A stretch of 64,000 bases of DNA from assembly GCA_964347945.1 (NCBI GenBank), contig CAYGAW010000055.1, positions 4,787 to 68,786 of the forward strand, given 5' to 3'. A program made the position numbers and the translations under genes. This DNA comes from an uncultured Anaerolineales bacterium. Its GTDB lineage: Bacteria > Chloroflexota > Anaerolineae > UBA7937 > B3-Chlor. Below, one piece after another: positions 50,151 through 59,510 of the stretch. Positions within the stretch are counted from its first letter, which is position 1. Every line of letters starts with the position of its first letter. The notes under the pieces are model-generated. The model was not told the origin of the DNA. It ran no database searches and worked only from the letters and a program-made list of their open reading frames with translations.

Positions 50151-50725
50151 CCTCCTGTCTGGCCATGCTCGCGGTCCTCGGCGCTCTGCGGAATCAGCAA
50201 TTCCTGTCCAAGGGCCAAGATCGCCTCAGGATCCAGTTCGTTCAGAGCCGCAATCTCATCTACTGTCGTACCGTATTGCATGGCGACATCCCACAGATTG
50301 TCACCGGCGCTGATCACGTGCACACGTCGCCGTTCCGTGCGCTCTGTCTCTACCGAGACTGGCTCTCCAGCGAGGACGTCGCCAGTGGTTGCTTCCTCCA
50401 CAGCTGGGATAGCAAGCTCCTGACCCGGCTGCAAGCGATCAGGCTCCGGTAGCGAGTTCGCGTCCACCAGGGCCTGCGGCGTGACTCCGAAGCGCTGCGC
50501 GATTCCCCACACTGTGTCTCCTGCTTGTACGGTGTAGTGGGTGAGCTTCGGCCGTTCAGGGGTGCCTACCGGCGAAGCGGTCGGCGAGGGTGCGGCGAGC
50601 TCTGGCTCCGCCTCCACCGTTGGAGTTGCGGTCGCCATCGGCTTCTCCCTCGTGCAGCCGCCAATCGGAAGCGCGACCGTTATGCACAGCACAGACACCC
50701 ATTGCCATGGGATCCTGCGACCCAC
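50147..50725 (-). CDS. Lipoprotein with two LysM domains
   Basis: Lipobox IGGC. LysM domains read YTVQAGDTVWGIAQRFGVTPQALVDANSL and HVISAGDNLWDVAMQYGTTVDEIAALNEL. Its stop overlaps the next gene start as ATGA. Confidence 0.85.
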   Translation of the reverse strand: MGRRIPWQWVSVLCITVALPIGGCTREKPMATATPTVEAEPELAAPSPTASPVGTPERPKLTHYTVQAGDTVWGIAQRFGVTPQALVDANSLPEPDRLQPGQELAIPAVEEATTGDVLAGEPVSVETERTERRRVHVISAGDNLWDVAMQYGTTVDEIAALNELDPEAILALGQELLIPQSAEDREHGQTGG

Positions 50726-50744
50726 GGGATGACCTCCTCTCAGT

Positions 50745-52472
50745 CTACTTGGGAGCGTTCCTCAGGGCGTCATAGGCCGGCCTGGTAGTGCCATCAGGAT
50801 TAGTGATGGCCCACCAATACTGCTCATCGGCCTCGGTCCATTTCACATCCGCAATGGAGAGCACCGTCATGGGGCCCATCCACGGCGACCAATGGTCGCG
50901 TGCCCATTGAAAGGCGCGTACTATGTAGTCAGCCTTCGTTTCCTCGGACACCGCATGCCACTGGTACGGGGATCCGGGTCTAGGATCGCTCGTCCAGCCG
51001 AACTCCAACACGGCCATCTGCTTCCCTGCGTCGCCGTTCTGCACCATGATCTGGCGCAAATCTTCGACACGCCTGAAGCAGAAGAAGCGCCTTCCTCCCA
51101 AGGCAGGGTTGTTCGCCACCTCAGCTGGATCTGTCTCTGGGGCAGCCTTGTAACCCGGTGCATGAACGCCCAGCACGTCGAAATAGTTCTTGGCGCCGGC
51201 CTGGTACATCTCACGCAGATATTGGGCATCCGGAATGGCGTGGGGGAGCCCAGTTCCTGTGGGAGCCAAACCCGCCGTCATGACCACGGCGTTGGGGTCG
51301 GCCTGCTTGATGCCACGATGGGCCACTCGCAGGAGAGCGACATATTCTGCGGCGTTGGGTGCCTTGCCACCCCACTCGCGCGCCAGATTCGGCTCATTCC
51401 AGATCTCATACGCATGGATCTTCCCGCGATATCGGCTCGCCATAGCGTAGAGAAAGTCACCATAGTCAATGTAGTTGTCCGGCGGACCGTTGTTCGCGCC
51501 GTCGGCTCTCGCCCAAATCGGCTGGAAATCCACGCGAGCAATGATCTTCAGTCCACGATCATTGAGGATCTGGACCAGCTGGTCCGCAACCGACCAATCG
51601 AAGATACCTTTACCTGCCCCTTCGATGTTTTTCCATGGGAACACCTCTTTGACCCAGGTCACTCCCGCGTCCTTTGCCAACTGAGCATCTCGATCGCGGT
51701 GCTCCCCATTCCACCACATGAAGGTATGAACCCCGTACTCTGGCGTCTTCGTGCCAGGCGCCGGGCCAGGCTTCGCGGTCGGTGTCGGAGAAACCGTGGG
51801 CCCAGGTGCTGGAGTGGTCGGTCGGGGTGTTGGCGTGGGCGAACTGCTCGGCGAGCATCCCGGGATCGTCAGCCGCTGGCCAACCCAGATGAAGGAAGGA
51901 TTGGCCAGGTTGTTGGCGATGGCAATGGCCCACACCGTAGTGCGATACGCGAGAGCGATTCTCGTCAAGTTATCGCCACGCTTCACGACATAGACACAGG
52001 TCTGAGCTGGCTGAGAGGGCTGGGACGGTGCTCCCTGCCCGGGAACCCGGAGCGTCTGTCCCGCGAAGATGAGGTTGGGATTCACCAGCCCGTTCAACGA
52101 GACGAGGCCGTTGACGGTGGTTCCAAAGCGGTAGGCAATACCCGATAGGGTGTCTCCTCTCCGCACCACATAGGTGGTCGTCGAGCCCGACGGAGGCGGC
52201 GCAGGAGATGTCGAACCAGTCGGGATCACCAACCTCTGGCCTGCGTAGATGTAGTTGGGATTGGCTATCCCGTTCGCCTGCGCGATAGCCGTGGTGCTGA
52301 CACCATAGCGCCGGGCTATCAAGGTAAGATTCTCACCCCACTGGACTATGTGGATCTGCGAAACCGTACTTTGAGGATTCGTCTCAGGCGCCCCCCAGAC
52401 AGGAGATGCCAGGCCTGCGAGAAGCGCAACCAGAGATACCACCATCACCAGCCGACGTTTTCTGTTCCCCAT
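50745..52472 (-). CDS. Secreted protein with three LysM domains plus a clan GH-A (GH5-like) TIM-barrel glycoside hydrolase
   Basis: Signal peptide, three LysM domains, a PT linker, then YEIWNEPNL (acid/base context) and [10 protein letters not shown] (nucleophile context). Confidence 0.8.
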   Translation of the reverse strand: MGNRKRRLVMVVSLVALLAGLASPVWGAPETNPQSTVSQIHIVQWGENLTLIARRYGVSTTAIAQANGIANPNYIYAGQRLVIPTGSTSPAPPPSGSTTTYVVRRGDTLSGIAYRFGTTVNGLVSLNGLVNPNLIFAGQTLRVPGQGAPSQPSQPAQTCVYVVKRGDNLTRIALAYRTTVWAIAIANNLANPSFIWVGQRLTIPGCSPSSSPTPTPRPTTPAPGPTVSPTPTAKPGPAPGTKTPEYGVHTFMWWNGEHRDRDAQLAKDAGVTWVKEVFPWKNIEGAGKGIFDWSVADQLVQILNDRGLKIIARVDFQPIWARADGANNGPPDNYIDYGDFLYAMASRYRGKIHAYEIWNEPNLAREWGGKAPNAAEYVALLRVAHRGIKQADPNAVVMTAGLAPTGTGLPHAIPDAQYLREMYQAGAKNYFDVLGVHAPGYKAAPETDPAEVANNPALGGRRFFCFRRVEDLRQIMVQNGDAGKQMAVLEFGWTSDPRPGSPYQWHAVSEETKADYIVRAFQWARDHWSPWMGPMTVLSIADVKWTEADEQYWWAITNPDGTTRPAYDALRNAPK

Positions 52473-52567
52473 TTCTCTACCTCCTTCTTGCGACCGTCAT
52501 GGACGACAGGGTGCTGCTGGTCCGCGATCCGTCGATCTGAACCGAACTGCCGTGTGATAAACACTCT

Positions 52568-52753
52568 CTAAAACCCTCTTCCATAGGCCATACCAATAAG
52601 CCAGCCAACGACATACGCGACCACCAGGATGACCAGCAGAAACCTCACCTGAAGCAGTCCACTGGTTATCGATGCTGTGGCTCTCCAGAAGATCAGCCGA
52701 AGCATGCCCACACCTCCAGGACCGGGCTCCTCAGAGCCTGCGGCCTGCAACAA
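52568..52753 (-). CDS. Possible small membrane protein
   Basis: The ORF starts 1 nt after the upstream stop and has a C-terminal hydrophobic helix FLLVILVVAYVVGWLIGMAYG. There is no homology evidence, and the true start could be the internal MLRLIFW. Confidence 0.25.
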   Translation of the reverse strand: MLQAAGSEEPGPGGVGMLRLIFWRATASITSGLLQVRFLLVILVVAYVVGWLIGMAYGRGF

Positions 52754-52754
52754 C

Positions 52755-54362
52755 TCACCGATATACAGTCCGTTGAAATGTCAGGACGAACCCTGTGTGG
52801 ATTGTCCAGTCAGGGTGCTCCGGAGTGCCCAATCCCATCCCCACCATGATATCGCTGGGCAACCCTTCTACATACGCGCTGTAAGAACAAAGCACGTTGA
52901 ACATCGGATACTTCACCGGATAGTCCCACGGGTAGCAGCAACTCTGGGGTTCGCTGACCACCCGGTTGCGGCCGCCGTTCTCAAAGATCACGGCCTCTCC
53001 GAACACGCGCTGCCCGGCTTCGTCCAGCAGATCCACGTGGATCTGGATGTCTTTGCGGCTCTCCTCCTCACTCAGCCATCTCGCGCTCACCAGCCGCCAG
53101 TAGCGATCGCCTGCTCGCAGCTGTATCCCTCGATCCGCCACAGTCCGCATTCCTACGCACGGCAAAGCGTTCAGCCGCGAATCCCATTCTACGGGGGGCA
53201 ACGGTGTGTTTGGCACGGCAGTCGGGGAGGTATTGCTGGTTGGCACAGGAGTGGGATTCCCTCCGGAGTACTGGAAGACGATGCTGTCGAACTGTCCGGC
53301 GGTGCCGCAGTCGGTGAACCGGATTTCCGCCGTGCCCGACTCGGGTACTGGATTAGCCTCGCTCTTCACGATGTCAATCAGAAACGTGAAAGGAGAATGG
53401 AAGTTCTCCGGAGCCAACGGCGCGAACCCCCACATACCCGGGTCCTGGCCCGCTCCGCTTATGTTGTAGACGACATGACCCGCGAAGCGTAGCCGCACGG
53501 TCCTGCCGCTCACCGGCTCGCCTCCAACACCTCTGATCTGGCCCTTGAAGTACACCGTTCCGCAGTTGGGGTATTGGCGCATGCTACCCTGCACGTACGT
53601 GAATGCGTACGCGGATGGCGTCGGCTGGCTAGGAGGCCTCGACGTCGGTGTCGCCGCCTGACGAGTAGGGACAGCTGTCCTCGTCGGCACGGGCGCTGGA
53701 TTGTCGTCTGCAGGTGACCGAGCCCCTGGTATGACCAACGATTGGCCAACGTAGATGAATGATGGATTCGCGATATTGTTCGCGAGGACAATATCCCACA
53801 TGCTGACGCCGAAACGGGTGGCAATGCCTATCAGGGTGTCCCCCCACTGAACGTGATAGGTCGTACGGGTCGTGGGCTGACTCGCTGGCTGGCTGGGCGC
53901 TGCACCCCCAGGGACCGCCAGCCTCTGCCCAACGATTATCAGGTTCGGGTTGGTTAGACCATTCAATTGCACCAGGCGCTGCACCGTCGTTCCACGCCGA
54001 GCAGCTATGGCAGACAGCGTATCTCCCCTCTGAACCACGTAGACCCCGGAGTTGGCGGGTGCGGGAGATGTGGTCCCTGGGATAGTAAGCCTCTGGCCTA
54101 CGTAGATCCAATCGGGGTTGCTGAGCTGGTTGGCCTGCGTGATCGCGGAGACGGAGGTCCCATACCGCCGCGCTATGCTGGACAAAGTATCCCCCCAGGA
54201 AACGACATAGATGGTGGGTTCAAGAGCTTCAGGTACTGCAGACATGGCTGAGGGAACACTCGCGACAAGGCCTAGCATGACCAGCGACAACAGACCAGCG
54301 ACCAGGAGCCCCCGAGCAGTGAGTGTCATTATGATACGCTTGCGTGTCCTTGCCATCGTCAA
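52755..54362 (-). CDS. Secreted protein with three LysM domains, a PT linker and C-terminal beta-sandwich modules
   Basis: Signal/TM segment, three LysM domains collinear with those of 50745..52472, and a C-terminal module YWRLVSARW...[28 protein letters not shown]...HTGFVLTF that is shared with 59511..61958. Confidence 0.8.
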   Translation of the reverse strand: MTMARTRKRIIMTLTARGLLVAGLLSLVMLGLVASVPSAMSAVPEALEPTIYVVSWGDTLSSIARRYGTSVSAITQANQLSNPDWIYVGQRLTIPGTTSPAPANSGVYVVQRGDTLSAIAARRGTTVQRLVQLNGLTNPNLIIVGQRLAVPGGAAPSQPASQPTTRTTYHVQWGDTLIGIATRFGVSMWDIVLANNIANPSFIYVGQSLVIPGARSPADDNPAPVPTRTAVPTRQAATPTSRPPSQPTPSAYAFTYVQGSMRQYPNCGTVYFKGQIRGVGGEPVSGRTVRLRFAGHVVYNISGAGQDPGMWGFAPLAPENFHSPFTFLIDIVKSEANPVPESGTAEIRFTDCGTAGQFDSIVFQYSGGNPTPVPTSNTSPTAVPNTPLPPVEWDSRLNALPCVGMRTVADRGIQLRAGDRYWRLVSARWLSEEESRKDIQIHVDLLDEAGQRVFGEAVIFENGGRNRVVSEPQSCCYPWDYPVKYPMFNVLCSYSAYVEGLPSDIMVGMGLGTPEHPDWTIHTGFVLTFQRTVYR

Positions 54363-54378
54363 TCCCCTGGTCTGAGCC

Positions 54379-54615
54379 CTATCTTGAGACAGCGACCTTC
54401 AAGACCCTTCCTTCTTCGTTGGTGGTCAAATGCACAATCTGCTGGAACTTCTCTCCATTGGGTGAGCTCAGGGCCTTCCGGTAGGTGAAGCGATGCCTCG
54501 CCTGTCCTCCACGATTTGTGGAGCTGACCCTCGGCTTCACACTTGCCATCTCCGGGAAGTGCTTCTCAAGATGTTTCTGCGCCCTCGTTCTACACTCTTT
54601 GGAAGGCTTAGGCAT
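54379..54615 (-). CDS. Small basic protein overlapping the ftsZ stop
   Basis: 78 aa. The ATG overlaps the ftsZ 3' end by 8 nt. The C-terminal 43 aa align without gaps to the C-terminus of 61946..64000. Confidence 0.55.
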   Translation of the reverse strand: MPKPSKECRTRAQKHLEKHFPEMASVKPRVSSTNRGGQARHRFTYRKALSSPNGEKFQQIVHLTTNEEGRVLKVAVSR

Positions 54616-55807
54616 GTTTCTCCTCCCCTTCCTCCCCTACCCTGGCCAATCTCCGGCGTCTTAGGAAGGTGGGCACGTCCAAGTCAAGTAGATCGACGCC
54701 CTGCCGGGACCGGTCGAACTCCAGCGATTCCTTCCCTGTGGCGGCTCGCGGAGTACTAGGCGGCCTGCGGTAGAAAGATCTACGGTCGCCCACGGGCAAA
54801 CTCAGAGCGGATGGCGCTGATCGCAGACCATCCATCCCTACCGCTATGAGCATCACCTGCAATTGCCTGCCCATGCCGGGATCCACCGTAGCGCCGAAAA
54901 AGATGTTAGCCTCGGGACTGGCCACCCCGGCCACGGTGCTCACAGCCTGCTGGATCTCGTCCAGAGACAGGTCGTTTCCACCGGTGATGTTGACCAAGAT
55001 TCCCGATGCGCCTGCAATGGAGGACAGCTCGGAAAGAGGGCTGGCGATTGCCAGCTCTGCGGCTTCTATTGCCCGATCATCCCCACGGCCCTGTCCGATC
55101 GACATGAGTGCGGGGCCAGCGTCTTGCAGTATGGTCCGGACGTGCATGAGATTGAGATTGATGACGCCTGTACTCGTGATCAGCTCTGCCACGCCTTGAA
55201 TCCCTTGCCTCAGTACCTCGTCCGCTATCCGGAAGGAGATGTCGAGCGAGGTCTCCTCATCGATGAACTCCAGCAGGCGGTCATTGGATATGGCGACGAG
55301 GGTGTCCGACTTCACCGCGAGAGCCTCCATGCCTTCTTGAGCCGTCTCACTGCGTCGGCGCCCCTCGAAGCTAAAGGGGGTCGTCGCAACGGCGATGGTC
55401 AACGCTCCGCTCTCACGCGCCAACTCCGCAATGACCGGGCCTGCACCCGTCCCCGTACCACCACCTAGACCGAGTGCCAGAAAGACGATCTCTGCCCCGC
55501 TCAAGGACTGTCGCACTGCTTCCGCGCTTTCTTTGGCTGCCTTGGCCCCAACTTCAGGATTCCCCCCAGCTCCGAGGCCTCTGGTGGTCTTCGGCCCGAG
55601 TTGAACCTTACGCGGTGCCTCCGACAGGGCAAGAGCCTGCGCGTCGGTATTCGCCGCGAGGAATTGCACCCCAGGAATACCTACGTGAATCATCCTATCG
55701 ATGGCGTTACTGCCCCCGCCACCAATTCCGATGACCTTGATCAATGGTTGGTAGTGCTGTGGAGTCATTGCTTCCCTCTGCGAACGCCCGCTAGCTAACC
55801 CATTCAT
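54608..55807 (-). CDS. ftsZ: Cell division protein FtsZ
   Basis: IKVIGIGGGGSNAIDRM, GLGGGTGTGAGPVIAE (tubulin signature), and a C-terminal peptide LDVPTFLRRRR. Confidence 0.95.
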   Translation of the reverse strand: MNGLASGRSQREAMTPQHYQPLIKVIGIGGGGSNAIDRMIHVGIPGVQFLAANTDAQALALSEAPRKVQLGPKTTRGLGAGGNPEVGAKAAKESAEAVRQSLSGAEIVFLALGLGGGTGTGAGPVIAELARESGALTIAVATTPFSFEGRRRSETAQEGMEALAVKSDTLVAISNDRLLEFIDEETSLDISFRIADEVLRQGIQGVAELITSTGVINLNLMHVRTILQDAGPALMSIGQGRGDDRAIEAAELAIASPLSELSSIAGASGILVNITGGNDLSLDEIQQAVSTVAGVASPEANIFFGATVDPGMGRQLQVMLIAVGMDGLRSAPSALSLPVGDRRSFYRRPPSTPRAATGKESLEFDRSRQGVDLLDLDVPTFLRRRRLARVGEEGEEKHA

Positions 55808-55821
55808 TCGCGCTGCTCCCC

Positions 55822-58452
55822 TCAGCCTCGCTCCGATCCCACGTACCTACGGAGCACAGCCAAGAGTCCCTCCAAACGGTCAAGAAAGATGCGTAAGGCT
55901 TGCGCTGCGCCCTGGGTGACTGGCTCAGAGCCATCCGCGTCTGATCCATCGCCAATCTGTACGATGACCGGACCCACGAGGTTGTTGGCCTCGTCAACCT
56001 CAGACACGAGCCCAGCCTCTCCCTCGGGGTTGTAGGCATCCGCGTAGGCGTAGAGTTCGTGTCTGCCGGTCGGGAGACTGCCTCCGAAGTTGGTGTAGCG
56101 CCCGTCAACATCCTCCAAGGATAGGCTCAGCGATTCCTGAGCACCTAGGCTCGGCACGTACCAAAAGGCACCAACACCATCCGCCACTGCGATCGAGTTT
56201 ATGGTCGGAACGGTCGGCGGGTCCACGAAGAGCTCAACCCAGAAGCCGGTCGCTATCTCAACCCTGGCCCGGTTCCCGATCGTCACGGTGATCCCTACGC
56301 TGCCCGCATCCAGTCCCGCCTCAGGCGTCACCGTGATGCCATCTACCACCAAGTCCGGTAGATCACTTGACGGAAGGTCCGGAGTAACCGTGAGCGTAGG
56401 TGAAGCCGTGGGTAGGGGGCTGGCTCCTGGCGTAGTGCCAGGGGTTGGACGCGCCGATTCACCATAGGCCGGACTTAGCCCTTCGTTGCCTGCCCTGTCC
56501 GCTATCCTAAAACGCACGTCCGCGCCAGCCATTCCAGCCGATAGCCGACAGTAGGTGACCAATGGGTCCTCCCCCTCGGGAGCGTCGCAGGAGACAGGCT
56601 GCCAGGCGCCCCAGGTCAGACCCCCGTCGGAGGACACGGAAAACACGGCGCTCGATGGATCCAGCCCGCTTCCGTGATCAAACACTTCGACGACCACCCC
56701 GCCAGACTCGTCCATGTCCACAGAGTCCCAATCGCCTGGCGTCACCGTGTCCAGACCGATGGTGTCGGTATATGTGGCTGACGTGTTCCCCGCTTGGTCG
56801 AGGAAACGCACCCCGATAGTCTTCTCTCCGTCGCCAGAACTCAGAACCCATTCCTTGGTACTTGCGAACTCCTCCACCTCGCTGAACTGGCTGGCGCCAT
56901 CGTGGGTGAACTTCATGCCGGCTATGTCGCTCCGATCATCCTCGGCCTCAAGGCTGAGGGTGACCGTCAGCTGCGATGTGTAGGATGCGCCTTCGTCAAT
57001 CTCGACGGAGCCGGTCGGCAGCGTGTTGTCCACTATTACCTCACGCACCACACGAGAAGTGCGGCCTTGGATGCTGGTGGCCACTGCCTCGATTCGGTGT
57101 TGGCCTTCGATGAACTGGCGTGTGTTCCATGTCCATGTGAGCGACGCCGTGCTTTCCTTTTGCACCGTTCCGTCCAGGTACAGCTGTATGCGGGAAGTCG
57201 TGGGACTCGGACTGGATAAGCGGACCTCCGTCACACCAGACACGGCCTCCCCTGCCTCCGGGCTAGCTATCTCTACTCTCGGTTTGTGCGCCAGAAGCCG
57301 CTGCCACGTCTGCTGGCGTAGCTCGGGCAGTACCTTGTACACGTTGTCGCCCGGACAGATCGTGGGCCAGAGATCGCGATGCGCCACCAAATGGGGGAAC
57401 TTGCGCTGGATGAAGTACGACGATTCCAGTGGATGAATGTTGAAGCGATCAGCCTCCCACGCCATGAGGGAGATCAATGCCTCCTTCATCGCGGGGGTCA
57501 TCTTGGCATATCGGTAATCACCCAGTAGAGCGATTCCAATGCTGCCGTAGCTGTAATCGCGAGCGTGTATCCCAACCACGCCATCTCCGCCCTTGCGTCC
57601 CTCGTAGACGTTGCCTTGGCGATCGATCAAGAAGTTGTAGCCGATGTCACCCCATCCCCGTGATATGGCATGATACTGGTAGATGGCACGCACGATGTAC
57701 GCCGGATCTTCGGGGTTATTCGGCGTCACCGTGTGGTGGATAACGAAGGTAGTCGGCTGGCGATAGATCGGCTTCCGCGTCGCCCAAGCCTCGTTGGCTC
57801 CCCAGCCCCTGCGAGAGATGATGCGCGGTTGGGGCACTCCAGATGTTGCCTCCTGAGGGAGAATCATAGCCCTGGCCTCCTCGACACCGGGCCCGTCGCG
57901 CGTGTTCATGAGCGCGAATACCAGCTCCCGCACCAAGGGCGACATGCTAGCATCGAAGGTGCCCAGGATCAGCCGATACTGCAGGTACCGCGATGGAGAC
58001 ACTTCGATCAGATTGCCGTGCGTCAACTCCTCCATCTCAAGCCCGTCCTCATCTGGAGGGACCTCCGTCCAGTCAGTCCACGCCCTCCGATCACGGCTGG
58101 CACGAACCTCAAGATGAAACGTAGTCCCCGGGGGCCTGTCTGCGGCCCAAGCGGCGCCCACCATGTTGAAGACCACCGACGACTCGTGAACGGCGGAAGT
58201 GAAGCTGCCCCTTGGGCAGAACTCCGCTCCCTCCTCCTGGGACAGGCTGACCTCTCCGTCGTCCAATACGGAGAGTGCGGTGCAGTCCCGCTCTCCCAGT
58301 TCGAAGTCAGCCAAGGTGGTCTGCGTCCACTCGGCGTAAGTCCCCTCTTGCACGCTGGTTTCGCTCCTCACCAGCATCTCCTTGAACGGTACGCCCTGCA
58401 GTATGAACAGCGTAGCAGAGAGTAGAATCAAGGCGGTCAGTGTCCGTCGCAT
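55822..58452 (-). CDS. Secreted multidomain N-acetylmuramoyl-L-alanine amidase (Amidase_2/PGRP type)
   Basis: Signal peptide. The Amidase_2 core reads FVIHHTVTPN...YQYHAISRGWGDIGYNFLIDRQGNVYEGRKGG...GIALLGDY. Ig-like domains and a CARDB-like C-terminal domain (LPDLVVDGITVTPE...) follow. Confidence 0.8.
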   Translation of the reverse strand: MRRTLTALILLSATLFILQGVPFKEMLVRSETSVQEGTYAEWTQTTLADFELGERDCTALSVLDDGEVSLSQEEGAEFCPRGSFTSAVHESSVVFNMVGAAWAADRPPGTTFHLEVRASRDRRAWTDWTEVPPDEDGLEMEELTHGNLIEVSPSRYLQYRLILGTFDASMSPLVRELVFALMNTRDGPGVEEARAMILPQEATSGVPQPRIISRRGWGANEAWATRKPIYRQPTTFVIHHTVTPNNPEDPAYIVRAIYQYHAISRGWGDIGYNFLIDRQGNVYEGRKGGDGVVGIHARDYSYGSIGIALLGDYRYAKMTPAMKEALISLMAWEADRFNIHPLESSYFIQRKFPHLVAHRDLWPTICPGDNVYKVLPELRQQTWQRLLAHKPRVEIASPEAGEAVSGVTEVRLSSPSPTTSRIQLYLDGTVQKESTASLTWTWNTRQFIEGQHRIEAVATSIQGRTSRVVREVIVDNTLPTGSVEIDEGASYTSQLTVTLSLEAEDDRSDIAGMKFTHDGASQFSEVEEFASTKEWVLSSGDGEKTIGVRFLDQAGNTSATYTDTIGLDTVTPGDWDSVDMDESGGVVVEVFDHGSGLDPSSAVFSVSSDGGLTWGAWQPVSCDAPEGEDPLVTYCRLSAGMAGADVRFRIADRAGNEGLSPAYGESARPTPGTTPGASPLPTASPTLTVTPDLPSSDLPDLVVDGITVTPEAGLDAGSVGITVTIGNRARVEIATGFWVELFVDPPTVPTINSIAVADGVGAFWYVPSLGAQESLSLSLEDVDGRYTNFGGSLPTGRHELYAYADAYNPEGEAGLVSEVDEANNLVGPVIVQIGDGSDADGSEPVTQGAAQALRIFLDRLEGLLAVLRRYVGSERG

Positions 58453-58487
58453 GCTAGTCTCCTCTACGAGCCATCAACCCCTTGCGG

Positions 58488-58934
58488 CTAGATGCCATAC
58501 TCACTCAGGGCCTCTGAGAACCTCTCTGCTCGTTCCTCGATACCGGATTCCTGTCTCGCCCAACGCTGTGGATTCCAGATCTCGAGACGTGTCGCAACAC
58601 CGACGAGCACCACCTCATCGCCCAATTCTGCATAGCGCCGCAGATGGTCCGGGACCTCTATTAGTCCATCAGACTCGAGGCTACCGATCGAAGCCCCCCC
58701 GTAGACATGCCGCTGGAACATCCGAGCAGCTTCTCGCAAGAATGTGGTCCCATGGTCGATCCGGTCCGACAGTTCCTTCCACCGATCACGAGGGAAAATG
58801 GCCACGCAGTGATCCAACCCTCTGGTCATGACAAACCCCGGCTGCAGAGCCTTCCCTATCTCAGCGGGCACAACAAGACCCTCACCAGAAAGCCGTATGC
58901 CTTCGTAAGTACCCAGCAACAGATCACCTACCAC
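58488..58934 (-). CDS. mraZ: MraZ-like (SpoVT/AbrB-fold) protein
   Basis: Duplicated half-domains and the family C-terminal pattern VVLVGVATRLEIWNPQRW. Both DXXXR motifs look degenerate (LSGEGLVVP and ESDGLIEVP). Confidence 0.65.
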   Translation of the reverse strand: MVGDLLLGTYEGIRLSGEGLVVPAEIGKALQPGFVMTRGLDHCVAIFPRDRWKELSDRIDHGTTFLREAARMFQRHVYGGASIGSLESDGLIEVPDHLRRYAELGDEVVLVGVATRLEIWNPQRWARQESGIEERAERFSEALSEYGI

Positions 58935-58949
58935 GCCTCCGCCACCTCC

Positions 58950-59501
58950 CTACCGTCTGAGCCTGCCGAGGCGAGCTCTGACCAGCTCCTTCACATCGCG
59001 GAGAAGTAGATCCAGTTCGTGCTCCAATCCCTGGTACACGTCGCGGGTATCCTGCTCAGCTCGCTGGAGAAGTCGCGCTGCCTCCTGCTCCGCCGCTTCC
59101 AGCACCTCCTGGGCTCGAACCTCGGCCATCTTCGCCAGTTGGGTCTGGTCGAGAATCAGAGCCGCCTCGCGCTCCGCCCGTTGTCTAATCTCCTCAGCCT
59201 CTACCTCTGCCCTCTCCAGTACCTCGCCCTCTTCCAACAGGATTCGCTTTGCCTGCATCATCTCCGACGGCCAGGCGGCACGAATCGCCTCCAGAGTCTC
59301 CAGGCAATGCTCCTGATCGATGATCACCCTGGAGCTCAACGGGACTTTGACACCAGAGCAGATGAGGTCCTCGATCTCGTCCATGAAGAGGTTCATCTCG
59401 TAGGCAAATGGCAGGCTCGCATCGTCGAATTGGCTGCTGCGGTCGCCACTCGTGGTCTCGTACACTTCACCGTATGAAGAGCCGTCCAGTCTCATGATCA
59501 T
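58950..59501 (-). CDS. Coiled-coil protein of unknown function
   Basis: 183 aa. The N-terminal segment reads FMDEIEDLICSGVKVPLSSRVIIDQEHCLETLEAIRAAWPSEMMQAKRIL. A long Ala/Glu/Arg/Gln-rich helix follows. Confidence 0.5.
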   Translation of the reverse strand: MIMRLDGSSYGEVYETTSGDRSSQFDDASLPFAYEMNLFMDEIEDLICSGVKVPLSSRVIIDQEHCLETLEAIRAAWPSEMMQAKRILLEEGEVLERAEVEAEEIRQRAEREAALILDQTQLAKMAEVRAQEVLEAAEQEAARLLQRAEQDTRDVYQGLEHELDLLLRDVKELVRARLGRLRR

Positions 59502-59510
59502 CCTAGCCCT

